Shown: positions 37,177 to 47,552 of the stretch, piece after piece | How the letters are laid out: the number at the start of each line of letters is the position of its first letter | How positions within the stretch are numbered: the first letter of the stretch is position 1 | DNA from: an uncultured Chloroflexia bacterium | GTDB taxonomy: Bacteria > Chloroflexota > Limnocylindria > Limnocylindrales > CSP1-4 | Assembly (NCBI GenBank): GCA_963707215.1 | Contig: CAVPPB010000001.1 | Location: forward strand, 736,001-800,000 | Direction of reading: 5' to 3' | Length of the DNA stretch: 64,000 bases | The notes under the pieces: model-generated | The model's input: the letters and a program-made list of their open reading frames with translations, nothing else | Databases searched by the model: none | What the model was told of the DNA's origin: nothing | Made by a program: the position numbers and the translations under genes

Positions 37177-39514
37177 GCCGTCTCGCCAGCCCCGAGTCGC
37201 CGCAGTTCCTCCCCGATGATCTGCGTCGAGCGATCCGGCTCGGTCCCTTTGCCGAGGGTCGACCACGAGTCGGTGATGCGGTCGCGGAGGGCTATCAGGT
37301 CCTCGGCCCGGTTGTCGTGTCGATCCCTGATCTTGCGCAGGAGCTTGGTCGCGAGCAACGTGGTCGACCGCCTCGCCAGCCGTGCCCCCGGAGGCCACGA
37401 CTACCGGGACGAATGCCAGCATCTGCCGCTCCAGGCGATTGCCCCAGCCGATCCCGAAGCGGCTGCCGAGGTCCTGGGCAAGCTGGTCCCGCAGGTACGC
37501 GAATGCCAGGCCGGCGACCTTGCGGTGCTTGCGCCGAGCGTCGGCAAAGGCCTGGTCGAGCGCCTGCATGGAGATCGGGTCGCGTGGTGTCGTCTCCTTG
37601 AGATCGAAGGGCTCCGGGCGGATCGGCAGCTCCATCACGTGGGCCCGGTCGAAGGTCTTGTCGGCGAAACCCATCGTCGTTTCATCGTGGTTCGCGGTGC
37701 CGAGGAACCAGACATTCGGGGGGATGGGGAGCTTCCGCCCTTCGCTGAAGAGCCGTGGCGCAGCATCGACGGCTGCCTCCATCAGGTCGAGCCTCTGGAG
37801 CTCCGGCCGCTGCTCGAGGGCCGACAGCAGGTCCGCGAAGTACTGCTCAGGGTGGGAGAGGTTCATCTCGTCAAGCACGACGAAGAACGGCCGATCTGCG
37901 TACTCGGGGCATCCCGCCTTGTAGAGAGCCTGGAGGAACTCGCTCTCGTAGTAGCGCCGCTCGAACTCGTTGAAGTGGCCGATCAGATCGTGCCGATCGC
38001 GCCAGCCGGCCTGGACCTCGATGAGCTCCATCCCGGCGCCGATAGCGCGCGCGACCGCGATCGGCAGGCTGGTCTTCCCCGTACCGCTGATGCCCTGCAG
38101 GATGTGGAGGCGGCTCATCGCCATGCCGCCGAGGAAGGCCCGCACATCTCGAGGGGAGTAGTAGAGGACGACGTCTGACCCGGGCGACGGCGACGCGATC
38201 GCGCAGATCGTCCGCGAACGCCGCTAGGTCGATCGGTTCGTCGCTCAGTCCGACCGACGACTGGAGTACCCCGCTTGCGTCCATCCCCGCGCACTGCGGG
38301 AAGGGGCTGGCGTCCTGGGCTCGGGCGATCCGCTCATCGACGTCCTGCCGCAACTCGTCGAGCGTGGCCCGCAGTGCGCTCACGTTGGTTTCGAGCGCAT
38401 CCTTGCGATCGCGCAGCGTCTCGAGTTCGAGGACCCCGATCGTGGAGCGGTCCGACAGCTCGCGTAGGGCGTTGTTCTCTTGGCGGAGTCGCCCTAGGTC
38501 CGCCTGGGCTGCCTCGAGCGCCCGTGCGAGTCCCTCGTAGCGGACCTGCTCGTCCGGGCTGAGCCTACGGGCGAGTTCGTCTCGCAGGCGGTCACGCTCG
38601 TCGGTCAGCGCGTCAATCTGGCGCTGCACTTCCTCGAGTGGCCGGTTCCCGAGTCGTCGGACCGCTTCGTCGCGATCACGCAGCTGGGCGAAGAGCCCGT
38701 CGCGCTGCTCGCGAGCGGCGGCAAGCTGTTCCTCCAGTGCGCGCTGCGTCGCTGCGGCCTGCTCGAGGGCAGCGGCCGCCATGCGCTCGACGCGAACGTC
38801 GAACTCGGCCCGATCCTCCGCGAGCAGCTGGCGGTCGATCTCCACCTGCCCGGCGAGCTTCCTTGCCTCGAGTCGCTTCGCTTCGAGTTCGGCGGTGATC
38901 CGCTCGTCTTCCTCGCGCCGCTGCTGTGCCCATGCCGCCCGCTCGGATGCGATGGTGGACCGTGCCTGGCTCAGCTCCTTCTGTGCCGCGTGGATCTCCG
39001 ACTCGAGCACGGCGAACGACTCGCGTCGCGCCGCCGCGGCCTCGGCGATGAAGCCGGCCTCAGCGTTCAGCTCGCGTGCCCGCAATTCCTCCTCGCGTCG
39101 GGAGATCTCGGTCGCCTTGTCGGCGAGGCTGGCGTCCTCGGCCTTGGCCCGTTCGAGCAGTTCCTTCGCGAGGGCATGTTGGGCCCGGGCTTCCTCTTCC
39201 CGCCCGCTGACCTCGCTCGCTCGCCGATCCAGATCCGCCTCGCGGCCGTCGAGCCGCTTCTCTCGGGAGTCGCTCAGGGTGACCGCCTCTTGCGCCTTCT
39301 TCGCAAGCTCGCCGAGACTGCCCTCGTCGCTCGGGCCTGCCGAGCGTGCGGCGGCTTCGATCTCGTCCGGGAGCGCTGCGCCGCGAGCGGTCTCGAGGGC
39401 CTGGGTGATCTGCGCGGCCGCGTTCTGCTGGACCTGGGGCCGCTGCACGGGCCGCTGCGGACCAGCGGGGCGGGGCTGCTGACCCGTCCGGGACCGACTC
39501 CTTCTCTTCGTCAC
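37173..39514 (-). CDS. Coiled-coil + McrB-family AAA+ GTPase (CnuB-like), frameshifted near 38160 and 37360
   Basis: ~400-aa heptad-rich N-terminus; Walker A LQGISGTGKTSL, Walker B VVLDEMNL, EQYFADLLS, GTANHDET (NxD), DKTFDRA. Confidence 0.85.
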
Positions 39515-39542
39515 GATCTCCTCCCCTTGAGGTCAGTCTCCC

Positions 39543-41085
39543 CTAGTCGCAGAGGCCTGTCAGCAGCCCGACGGTGCTGTACACCTCGTCGGCGACGGCG
39601 AGCGCATGCTCCCTCGTCACGCCACCTGGTCCGTGGACCGCGCCCCCGCCGCTCTCGGCGAGTTGGTCGAGGCGTTCGAGGAAGTCGGGATGCGTCACGC
39701 CGATCCGCCTGAAAGGGTGGGCCTCGTCCGTACCGGCCGCTAGGACCGAAGCCACGATGCTCGGTCGGAGGCGCCACCCGTTGCCCTCGCACGCCGCCTT
39801 GACCTGAACCGCTCTTACGCGCACCAGGGGTCTCGGGATCGGCAGCCGGAAGGCCGAGAGCGCTCGCCGTCGCCTCGAGGATCTCGCGACACAGCTCCTG
39901 GTCCTTGATCGGCTCCCTGCCGTTGTAGAGGGCACGCCATGCCTTGGTCACCGGGTGCTCGGAAGCGACGGCCGCGAGCGCCTCCTCGAGGACCGTCCGT
40001 GCCGTCTTGACGAGATCCTGGAGGCGGAAGCTCGGGTATGAAGCGCCCAACTGGCCGGCCTCGACGCAACCGATCTCCATCTCCACCAGGCGCTCGAAGT
40101 ACGAAAGGCTCCGCGCAGCCAGCGAGAGGCGCCGCTCCACGTTGCCCTCGGCCTCGGTCCGTACCTCGGCGGTCCACCGGCGCTGGGCCTCGACCTGGGC
40201 GGCGAGAGAGTCACCGATCATGTGCCCGATGAAGTCGTCCAGGCCCGTCGAGCGTTCGGCCTCGCGCTCGATCGCACGGCGCAGGTCCATCGAGAGGCCG
40301 AGCCCGAACGGATCGCACGTGAGCCACTCGCCAGGGGCGTCGCTGCCCTCCTGAAGGTAGACGTACGTCGTGAGGAAGACCGGCGTCGGCTCGCTGTCGA
40401 CGACCGAGACCCGGTCGAACCGGCCCGCGTGGGTGCCGGTCGGCATCTCGTCATCGTCGCCCTCGTCATCCCCCGGCTCGAGGCCTCGCAGCGCCCATCG
40501 GTGGCGGCGAACGGCGCGAAGGATCTCGGCAGTCCCCGGGATAGCTGCGACCGACTCGCGAGGGAAGACCCAGAAGGCCGTCTCTCGGCGGGGACGACCC
40601 TTCGAGCCGAGCACGAGCTTCGGGTAGGCCGTGCCCACATGCTCGACGTCGGCGTAGCTGAGCGTCTCCATCACCCTGGGCCATAGGGACCCCGTCCAGG
40701 GGTCCTGGAAGACGTGGCTGGCGACCAGCGTCTGGGAGCCGAACGCCTCGTCCTCGAACATGGCACGCCCTTCCTCGGTGGGTAGTCCGTGCTGGTCGAG
40801 GAGCCTCCGTTCCTGGAGCTGCAGGACGATCTGTGCCACGAGGTCACGCTCGATCCGCATCAGCGACCCGATCCGGTCCAGGCCCGTGGTGCCCGACCGG
40901 CACAAGCCGATGACGGCCTTCTCGATCACGTTCAAGCGCCGCTCGCGTGCCTCCGGCGCCACGACGCGATACAGGAGCGCGGGCCACAGGAGGAAGCGAC
41001 GCGCGGAGTACCGCGTCCCCGCCGGGTGGCGGGGCCCGAAGTACAGGACCGAACAGTCAACCCCGAACGATCGCACCGAACTCAC
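39543..41085 (-). CDS. wHTH + degenerate HEPN-like protein (CnuE-like), frameshifted near 39850
   Basis: N-terminal wHTH-like LNVIEKAVIGL..IGSLM.IERDLV..IVLQLQ..LL..PTEEG; VFQDPWTG.LWP; helical C-terminus ending LDQLAESGGGAVH; lies between helicase and McrB. Confidence 0.6.
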
Positions 41086-44000
41086 CGCTGCACAGCTGAT
41101 GGAAGGCGACGAGCCCGCGGACGTGCTCCCGAGCCGCCTGCCCGGTCAGCATCCCGGCATCGCCGACGGCGACGAGGAGACACTGCTGCCGACTCATCGC
41201 GACGCACATCCGGTTCTCGAGCGCGATGTGTCCCCACTTGCGCCGGGCCGCCTTCTCGTCGACGGGATCGATGTCGTTCGAGCGGGTGACCGACAGCAGG
41301 ACGACGTCGAACTCCTTGCCCTGGAAGGCATCCACCGTCCCGACACGCAGTCGTTCCCGAAGCTGACCATCTGCACCGCGTGTCTCGAGCCACGGGCTCG
41401 CGACGCGGTAGTAGCCCTCGTCGGTCCGCTCCGAGAGCCCGAGCGGCTCCATGGCGCGCAGGATCTCGTCGACCTGAGCGGAGTAGAACGAGATCACTCC
41501 AAAGCTCAGATCTGGGCGGGCTCGGCTGAGGCGGTCGATCTCCTCGGCGATCCATCGTGCCTCAGGGGTCCGCCGTTTGCTCAGCCCGCCCGACTCGTGG
41601 CCCCGCTCGAGCGGGATGTCGACCCACGCGGCGACGAGCCCTTCGTAGCCGGGGAGGTCGTTGGCGAACCCTTCCGCCGGCCTTCCAGAGGCGAAGCTCT
41701 CGCCGTACGGCTCGTAGAAGGTCGCGCTGACGAAGTTGCCCAGCGCGGGGTGCATCCGGTACTGGACGTCGAGGGTGACGGTCGCTTTCACGCCGTCGGA
41801 CGCCTCGCGCGCGCGTAGCTGGACGAAGAGCCTCTCGAAGAGGCTCTGCTTGAGCGCGTCTCGCGTCGCTTCGACGATGGACCGGTCCGCCTGGCGCTCG
41901 ACATCCGGCTCGAGGATGTGGGGAAGCTGACGGTGATCCCCGACGAGGATGATCCGGCGTCGTCCACGCGCCATCGGGATGAGCAGATCGAGCGGGTTGG
42001 CGCGCGCGGCCTCGTCCACGATCACGTTGGCGAACGCTGTGCCCTCGGTCTTTTCCACTCTCATCTGCGAGCCGACGGCCTGCTGACACGTTGCCGCGAG
42101 CACCGCGGTGTAGGCGCGGACCGCCGACCTGACGCCCTCGACGTCGTTATCGAGATCGTCGAGGTACTCGTTGAGCGCGATCGCCTCACCCCCCGCGCTC
42201 TCGCGAGCGACGCGGGAGAGCTCGTCGGTGAGCTCGATCAGCAGATCCGCGACCTCTCCGTGAACGGCGGGTGCGCCCGGCGACATCTCCGGGGTGAGCC
42301 GATCGACCAGGGCGCCCTGGAGCGCCGCGATCTCGTGCAGGAAGGGGGGAGGATCGGCCGAGTCCCACTCGGCCGCGGCTCTGAGCAGTTGCGACGACTC
42401 GTCATCCGCGAGCCCGGCGAGCTCCAGGCGTCTGAGGGCGCGTGCGGCATTGTGTGGCCCATCGTCCCCGAAGCCGGCCGGCTCGGTACGGAGGGCCCGG
42501 ATGGCGCGCAAGAGGGCTTCGCGCTCGTCGTCGGCTGACCCGACGATCGGCCGCTGCGAGCGCGACAGCTCCATTCGGAGCTGCGCGACGCGGTCCAGCA
42601 GGCGAGGCGGGATGAACTCACGAGAGATGTCGGCGACCTCGTCCAGAACGCGCAGGCCCTCCCGGCGATCGATCGGAGCCGCGACATAGGCGGCCGTCAG
42701 GCGGCGGATCCGGCGGAGGGCGGCGTTCACGGGGTACTCGTCGATCGCAGCGAGGTCGCCCCGGAGCGCGTCGATCCGCTCGCGTCGCCATCGGTCCACG
42801 CCGTCGTCCGGTTCGCGGCCGAGCCGACCGCCGACCTTGACCGCCGGCAGCCCGAATACGATCGTCTTGGACGCCGCGTTCTCCACCGCATCGTGCTGGT
42901 AGCTCGTCAGGAGGGTCTGGCCCGCGAGGTCGAGCTGCTCGCCGAGTTCCGCAAGTCGGACCTCGAGGGCAGCGATCATCTTGGTCTTCCCTGTTCCGGG
43001 AGGACCCTGGATCAGGGCGATGTCGGGCGTGTTGAGCGCGACTCGCAGGGCCTCGATCTGGCGCGGGGTCGGATCTGAGCCGAAGACCGAGCGGACACCG
43101 CGCGACAGCGGGCTCTCCATCCTCCGGCGCCGGAGCGGCACGGGCCGGTCCTCCAGGATCAGGCCGAGCTGAGGCATCGCGGCCTCCGCAGAGACCACCC
43201 GGGCCAGAGCTTCTTCTCGGCGATTGAGGCGGGTGCGGTCCCCGCTCAGGCTGAGGAACAGCAGCCCACGCTCAGGCGGGTCGACTGCGTCGTCGCCGCC
43301 CTGCGGTTGCACGAACAGCAGTCGCCGTGGGACATCCCGGTGGGCGTAGGCGCCGACGAAGGTGCGCGGACGACGCTCCGCGCGCGTGATGGCGGCGTCC
43401 GGGCCGGCGGTCACCTCTTCATCGGTGGCGAGCTCGAGCGGGAGACTCGTCGCGGCCTCGAGGTCGGTGATCTCCTCCGCGCCTCGCAGGACGTCGAGGG
43501 CCCGTTCGAAGCGCGCTGCGTCCTCGATCCGAAAGCTCCAGCGGCCATCCGCGAGGCGCTGGCGGCTGTCGTATCGGAGGACGCCGAGCTCGCGCGCCCG
43601 TCTCGCAACGCTCGCCCGCTCGAGTTTGTTGTACTCGCTCCACAGACCAAGGTAGCTGCCAGCACGCGCCACCAGTTGGTCGAGCTGGGTCTCGGCGGAT
43701 CCGCGGAATGACCCTGCGATCGTGGCGTCACGAAAGATGACCGGCGCTCGGACCACCTCGATGGCGCTGGAGAGCTCTGCTTCGCGCCCACGCTTGGCGG
43801 CAACGACGCGGCTAACGAGGAGGCGGTCCTCTGCGTCGCGAGTGACGTCGATCGCGAACCCGCGGCCCATCAGCCGGAACTGCCGACGCTCCTGTGCCCC
43901 GCGATCCGGGCCGCCCGTCAGGAAGATGCAAGGCGGTCCGTTCGACGATGTCAGCGTCAGGTGGTCGTCCAGCCATCGGGCGACCTCGTCGACGGCCATG

Positions 44001-44389
44001 ACATGACCGAGCCGCTCCCCGAGCGACTCGACGATCTTCTCGTCGACCCCGATCTCGATGGTGTCGGACCAGTCCTGCCGAGCCGGGAACTCGTGCACCT
44101 GGACGAGCGCGGACTCGCTCACGCCCGCCCTCGGTCGCGTCCCGAGGATCCATGCGATCCTTGGCAGGTCTCGATCCCGCAGCTCCGATAGGGCCAGCTT
44201 GGCGCGGACATCGACCCCGTCGACGTGCCAGCCGTCCTGGCCGACGCGCAGCAGCGCGTCGCCCGTGGCGTCCGAGAAGAGGAGCTCGGCCTCGGTCTTC
44301 GGAGCCAACCCCGTTCCGAAGTCGGCATCGAGTGCGGGCCGGACCTCGACGGTCCTGGTCTGGCCGTACGGCAGCTCGTGGAACCTCAC
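41057..44389 (-). CDS. UPF1/DNA2-like superfamily 1 helicase (CnuH-like)
   Basis: QGPPGTGKT, IVDEAAR, VGDHRQLP, SLFERL, QYRMHP, ISFYSAQ, GTVDAFQGKEFD, NRMCVAMSR. Confidence 0.92.
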   Translation of the reverse strand: MRFHELPYGQTRTVEVRPALDADFGTGLAPKTEAELLFSDATGDALLRVGQDGWHVDGVDVRAKLALSELRDRDLPRIAWILGTRPRAGVSESALVQVHEFPARQDWSDTIEIGVDEKIVESLGERLGHVMAVDEVARWLDDHLTLTSSNGPPCIFLTGGPDRGAQERRQFRLMGRGFAIDVTRDAEDRLLVSRVVAAKRGREAELSSAIEVVRAPVIFRDATIAGSFRGSAETQLDQLVARAGSYLGLWSEYNKLERASVARRARELGVLRYDSRQRLADGRWSFRIEDAARFERALDVLRGAEEITDLEAATSLPLELATDEEVTAGPDAAITRAERRPRTFVGAYAHRDVPRRLLFVQPQGGDDAVDPPERGLLFLSLSGDRTRLNRREEALARVVSAEAAMPQLGLILEDRPVPLRRRRMESPLSRGVRSVFGSDPTPRQIEALRVALNTPDIALIQGPPGTGKTKMIAALEVRLAELGEQLDLAGQTLLTSYQHDAVENAASKTIVFGLPAVKVGGRLGREPDDGVDRWRRERIDALRGDLAAIDEYPVNAALRRIRRLTAAYVAAPIDRREGLRVLDEVADISREFIPPRLLDRVAQLRMELSRSQRPIVGSADDEREALLRAIRALRTEPAGFGDDGPHNAARALRRLELAGLADDESSQLLRAAAEWDSADPPPFLHEIAALQGALVDRLTPEMSPGAPAVHGEVADLLIELTDELSRVARESAGGEAIALNEYLDDLDNDVEGVRSAVRAYTAVLAATCQQAVGSQMRVEKTEGTAFANVIVDEAARANPLDLLIPMARGRRRIILVGDHRQLPHILEPDVERQADRSIVEATRDALKQSLFERLFVQLRAREASDGVKATVTLDVQYRMHPALGNFVSATFYEPYGESFASGRPAEGFANDLPGYEGLVAAWVDIPLERGHESGGLSKRRTPEARWIAEEIDRLSRARPDLSFGVISFYSAQVDEILRAMEPLGLSERTDEGYYRVASPWLETRGADGQLRERLRVGTVDAFQGKEFDVVLLSVTRSNDIDPVDEKAARRKWGHIALENRMCVAMSRQQCLLVAVGDAGMLTGQAAREHVRGLVAFHQLCSGEFGAIVRG

Positions 44390-45763
44390 GCCTGTCTCGC
44401 TCGTTCCATGCGGAAGGTCGCCACCCGATGCAGGACGCCCGCGTCGCCGAGGTGAAGTCGCCAGGACGCGCCCCTGAGGTCGATCTCCCGAGTCCGCTCG
44501 TCCAGGTCCACCGACTTCCCGCCGCTCGGTGGCACGAGGCGATAGGAGGACTCGTCGAGGGCCCGCAGCGATACGCGCGTCCCGTCAAACGCCATCGCCA
44601 GGACCGGCAGCTGCCCGGCCGAACCGCTTCGCCCTCGGGCGATCCGGTCGGTCACGATCACGGTCTCCCCGGGGGGCAGGGCGAGGGTCGCAACCGACGG
44701 ACGGCGCCTCTTCGCTCCGGCCTCGGCCTCGGGGTCCGAGAGGATGAATGAGGCGAGCACGAACGTCGGCCTTGCCTCGTCGCACCAAGGGCAGACGGTG
44801 GCGTTCATGTAGTAGGTGGCCCCACAGGTGGGGCACGTGAGGGTCGCGTCAGACGCCGCGTGCAACCGCAATGCCCACTCGGCGACGCCGGGCCTGCGTT
44901 GCGGGTCCTGTAGGCCGAGCCCGAATGATCGGGCCGCAAGGTCGGCGAGGAGGCGCGAGAGCACGACCGGTCGAGCGATGCCCACTGAGGCACGGTTCCG
45001 CGAGTCGGCCGCGTCATCGATCCAGGGTAGGTCTCCGGCGAATGCGGCATCCTCGAGCTCCGGGGGGCCTTCGGCCACCAGGTCGCCGATGAGCGGATGG
45101 GCGAGCGAGAGTGTCTGGAACGCAATCACGGCGAATGCATGGGCGTCGCTCCAGCGAGCTCGCACCGGTCCTGGCCCGAACCAACTCGGGGGCGCCGAAC
45201 CCGGGCGTGTACACGACCCCCGCCCCGAGCGAGGAAGCCGATCTCAGGTTGTCGGCGTCGATCATGCGGACCTCGACGGCGTCGCTCGGTGCGGAGACGA
45301 AGATGTTCTGCGGCGACGGGTCTCCGTAGATGAGGCCCTTGCCGTGGAGGGCCGCGAGCGCGTCCGCGGCACGAGCGAGCAGTCGCAAGCGTCGCCGCAG
45401 TCCGCCCGCGGCGAGGTACCACGCCGCCGGCGACTCCATCCCCCTGGGCACGTAGGCGAGAGAACCCAACGGCTCCATCCCGGTGAGAAGCTCCATGACG
45501 TACCCAAGGTGAGGCTCCTTGAGCACCTCGATCGGACGCGCCACGTCCAGCCCGCCGAGATCCAGCCTGCGCACACGGGTCAGCTGGTTGCGGAGACGGT
45601 CTCGCGTGGAGGGAGCGGAGTCGGCGAGAAGCTTCGCCGCGAGAAGGCCGCCCTCGACCTCGTACACCACTCCCTGGCCCCCACGGCCGATCTCGCGAAC
45701 GAGTCGGTACCGGACGCCTGTGTCATCGGTCACGATGAGGTCGCGCGTTCCGCCCGCGGTCAT
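44386..45763 (-). CDS. Ser/Thr protein kinase with Zn ribbon (TerY-P kinase), frameshifted near 45150
   Basis: GRGGQGVVY, AAKL, YGDPSPQNIF, IDADN, TPGFGAPE, SDAHAFAV, CPTC..CPWC. Confidence 0.88.
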
Positions 45764-46470
45764 GAGTCCCGGGCCCACAGAACCGCGAGTGTCTTGTCGT
45801 CAAGATGTCGAGGCGTCGGCCAATCGGTCAGCTCGCTCCGGAGGGCACGCAACCGGGGAACGGGGTCGAGCCCAGCGAAGGACTCGACGAGCCACGCCGC
45901 GAAGTCACCGACGCGGTCGGGCAGCAGATCGTCCGAGACACCGTCCGTGGCGAGCACGACGGTGTCGCCCGGGCGCCACGGCTGCGTCCGGAGGCTCCAC
46001 GTCGCCCCTGAGCCGAGTGCCGTGGCATCGGTCGCGAAGCCCGCTCGCGGCCCACTCACCCACTCGACGGCGCCGTCGGCGCTGCGTACGACCGCCAGGC
46101 CGTCGCCCACTGCCCCGATGTGGACGGCCCCGTCCGGGCAGACCACTGCGAAGAGGCATGTCGCCGCGCAGTCGTCCCCGGTCGCCGGCGCGATCTCCTC
46201 GAGCCACAGCTCCTCGATCAGCCGAGGGAGTTCATCGGGTGCACCGTGCCCGGCCTTGTGCCACAGGCGCACGGCTCTCGCGCATGCACGACACGCCGCG
46301 GCGGCCCCTCGACGAGCCAACGGTCGCGATCCCACCCCATCACTCACGACAGCGAGGCTCCCATGCGAGCCGGTGGCAGAGAGCCAACGATCCTCGTTCG
46401 GGAGGCCGAGATCGCGGTGTGCCGGGCCGATGACGCTGGCCCCGAAGCAGACCGTCGTCACGTGATCCAC
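45760..46470 (-). CDS. PP2C-family phosphatase (TerY-P)
   Basis: GASVIGPAH..PNED, VSDGVGS, VGDG, LATDGVSD, DDKT. Confidence 0.9.
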   Translation of the reverse strand: MDHVTTVCFGASVIGPAHRDLGLPNEDRWLSATGSHGSLAVVSDGVGSRPLARRGAAAACRACARAVRLWHKAGHGAPDELPRLIEELWLEEIAPATGDDCAATCLFAVVCPDGAVHIGAVGDGLAVVRSADGAVEWVSGPRAGFATDATALGSGATWSLRTQPWRPGDTVVLATDGVSDDLLPDRVGDFAAWLVESFAGLDPVPRLRALRSELTDWPTPRHLDDKTLAVLWARDS

Positions 46471-46478
46471 GACCGGAC

Positions 46479-47142
46479 CTAGAAGAGGATCTCGTCGAGC
46501 GGCGGAGGATCGATCGCGATGATGGAGTCAGGACTCTCGCTGCGGAGTCGCGTTGTCACGCTCATCGTCACCCACCGGAAGAAGGCCCGGATGTGGCGGG
46601 CCTCATGTGCTGCGAAGACTCTCGCTTCGGGGGTGGCAAGGAACCTTGCGAGCATCGCCCCGTCCGCATCGTCTCCGATCCCGAGCGCGAACCGGGAGGC
46701 CTTCATCGCCCGTTCCGAGTTCAGCAACCGCTCGAGGGGCGCCTCCCATTCGTCGTTCGGCTGGCCATCCGAAACCAGAACGACGGTCGGACGGTAGGCG
46801 CGACCGGGAATCTGGTCACGGTCCTCCAGAAGGTCCGTGACCAAGTCGAATGCGGCTCCCATCGGAGTGCCCCCCGCGGCTTCCATGGGCACCCAATCGA
46901 CGGCGGGCGCGGGCGTTAGCTCCTGGTGGAGCCGCGCAGCCCCTCCGCCGAAGGTGATGATCGCGACCTCGATCGAGGCGCGCGTGTCGTCCTCCTCGGC
47001 AAAGGACCCCAGCATCTCCTGGACGGCCAGGTTGAGCGCGTCGATCTTCCCGTTCGTGCTCATGCTGCCGCTGACGTCCGCGAGGATGAGTACGGGGAAG
47101 CGGACGTGGGGTCGAAGCCGTGAACTCACGCAATCCGCCCAT
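46479..47142 (-). CDS. terY: TerY-like vWA-domain protein (frameshift near the 5' end)
   Basis: GGGAGGGGG RBS + ATG 47142 (MGGLREFTASTPRP..); MIDAS DVSGSM, GGTPMG, YRPTVVLVSDGQPND, FFRWVTMSV. Confidence 0.85.
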
Positions 47143-47552
47143 GATTTAATCCCCCTCCCGAGTCCGGCTCTGCCGCGCCCGCTGATGCTGAGACGAGGCC
47201 TCGCCTGTCACGCTATCTGCCGTCGGTGCCAGCTGTGTGGCACCGTGAGGGTCGGTCACGCGCATCTAGAGACGCCCGTCAGCCGCCAGTATCCCTCCTT
47301 GAGAAGGCGCAGCGACGGTCGCTCCGGCCTGACTCACCTGTGCGACTCGTCCCAACGTATCGGCTGTTCTCTGGCCACGAGCAGCTCGACGCGGCTTCCT
47401 GTGGCTCCGAATCCCGCTTCGGCCGACTCTGTGCGCCACCACACGAACCCGCACGCCTGACATGCGGACGGCCACATGGAAGATTCGCGGGCGGAAGACT
47501 GGGCTCGGACCCGAGTTGCTGTGCCGCAGAGCCAGGCCTGCACGGTCCATGC

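Larger units (their letters stand above)
33000..47550 (-). other. Horizontally acquired defence island (TerY-P + CoCoNuT-like operon)
   Basis: Co-oriented, mostly overlapping genes; visibly more A/T at codon third positions than the flanks; left edge truncates the SNF2 gene; no integrase seen. Confidence 0.7.

Noticed and set aside
36184-38145. McrB-McrC fusion (653-aa ORF)
   Set aside because: Explained by a frameshift near 37360: McrB ends at 37173 in another frame and McrC starts at the overlapping GTG 37176.
32997-47543. TGCAC at both island edges as a target-site duplication
   Set aside because: Only 5 bp, likely by chance, and the SNF2 gene does not resume at the right edge.
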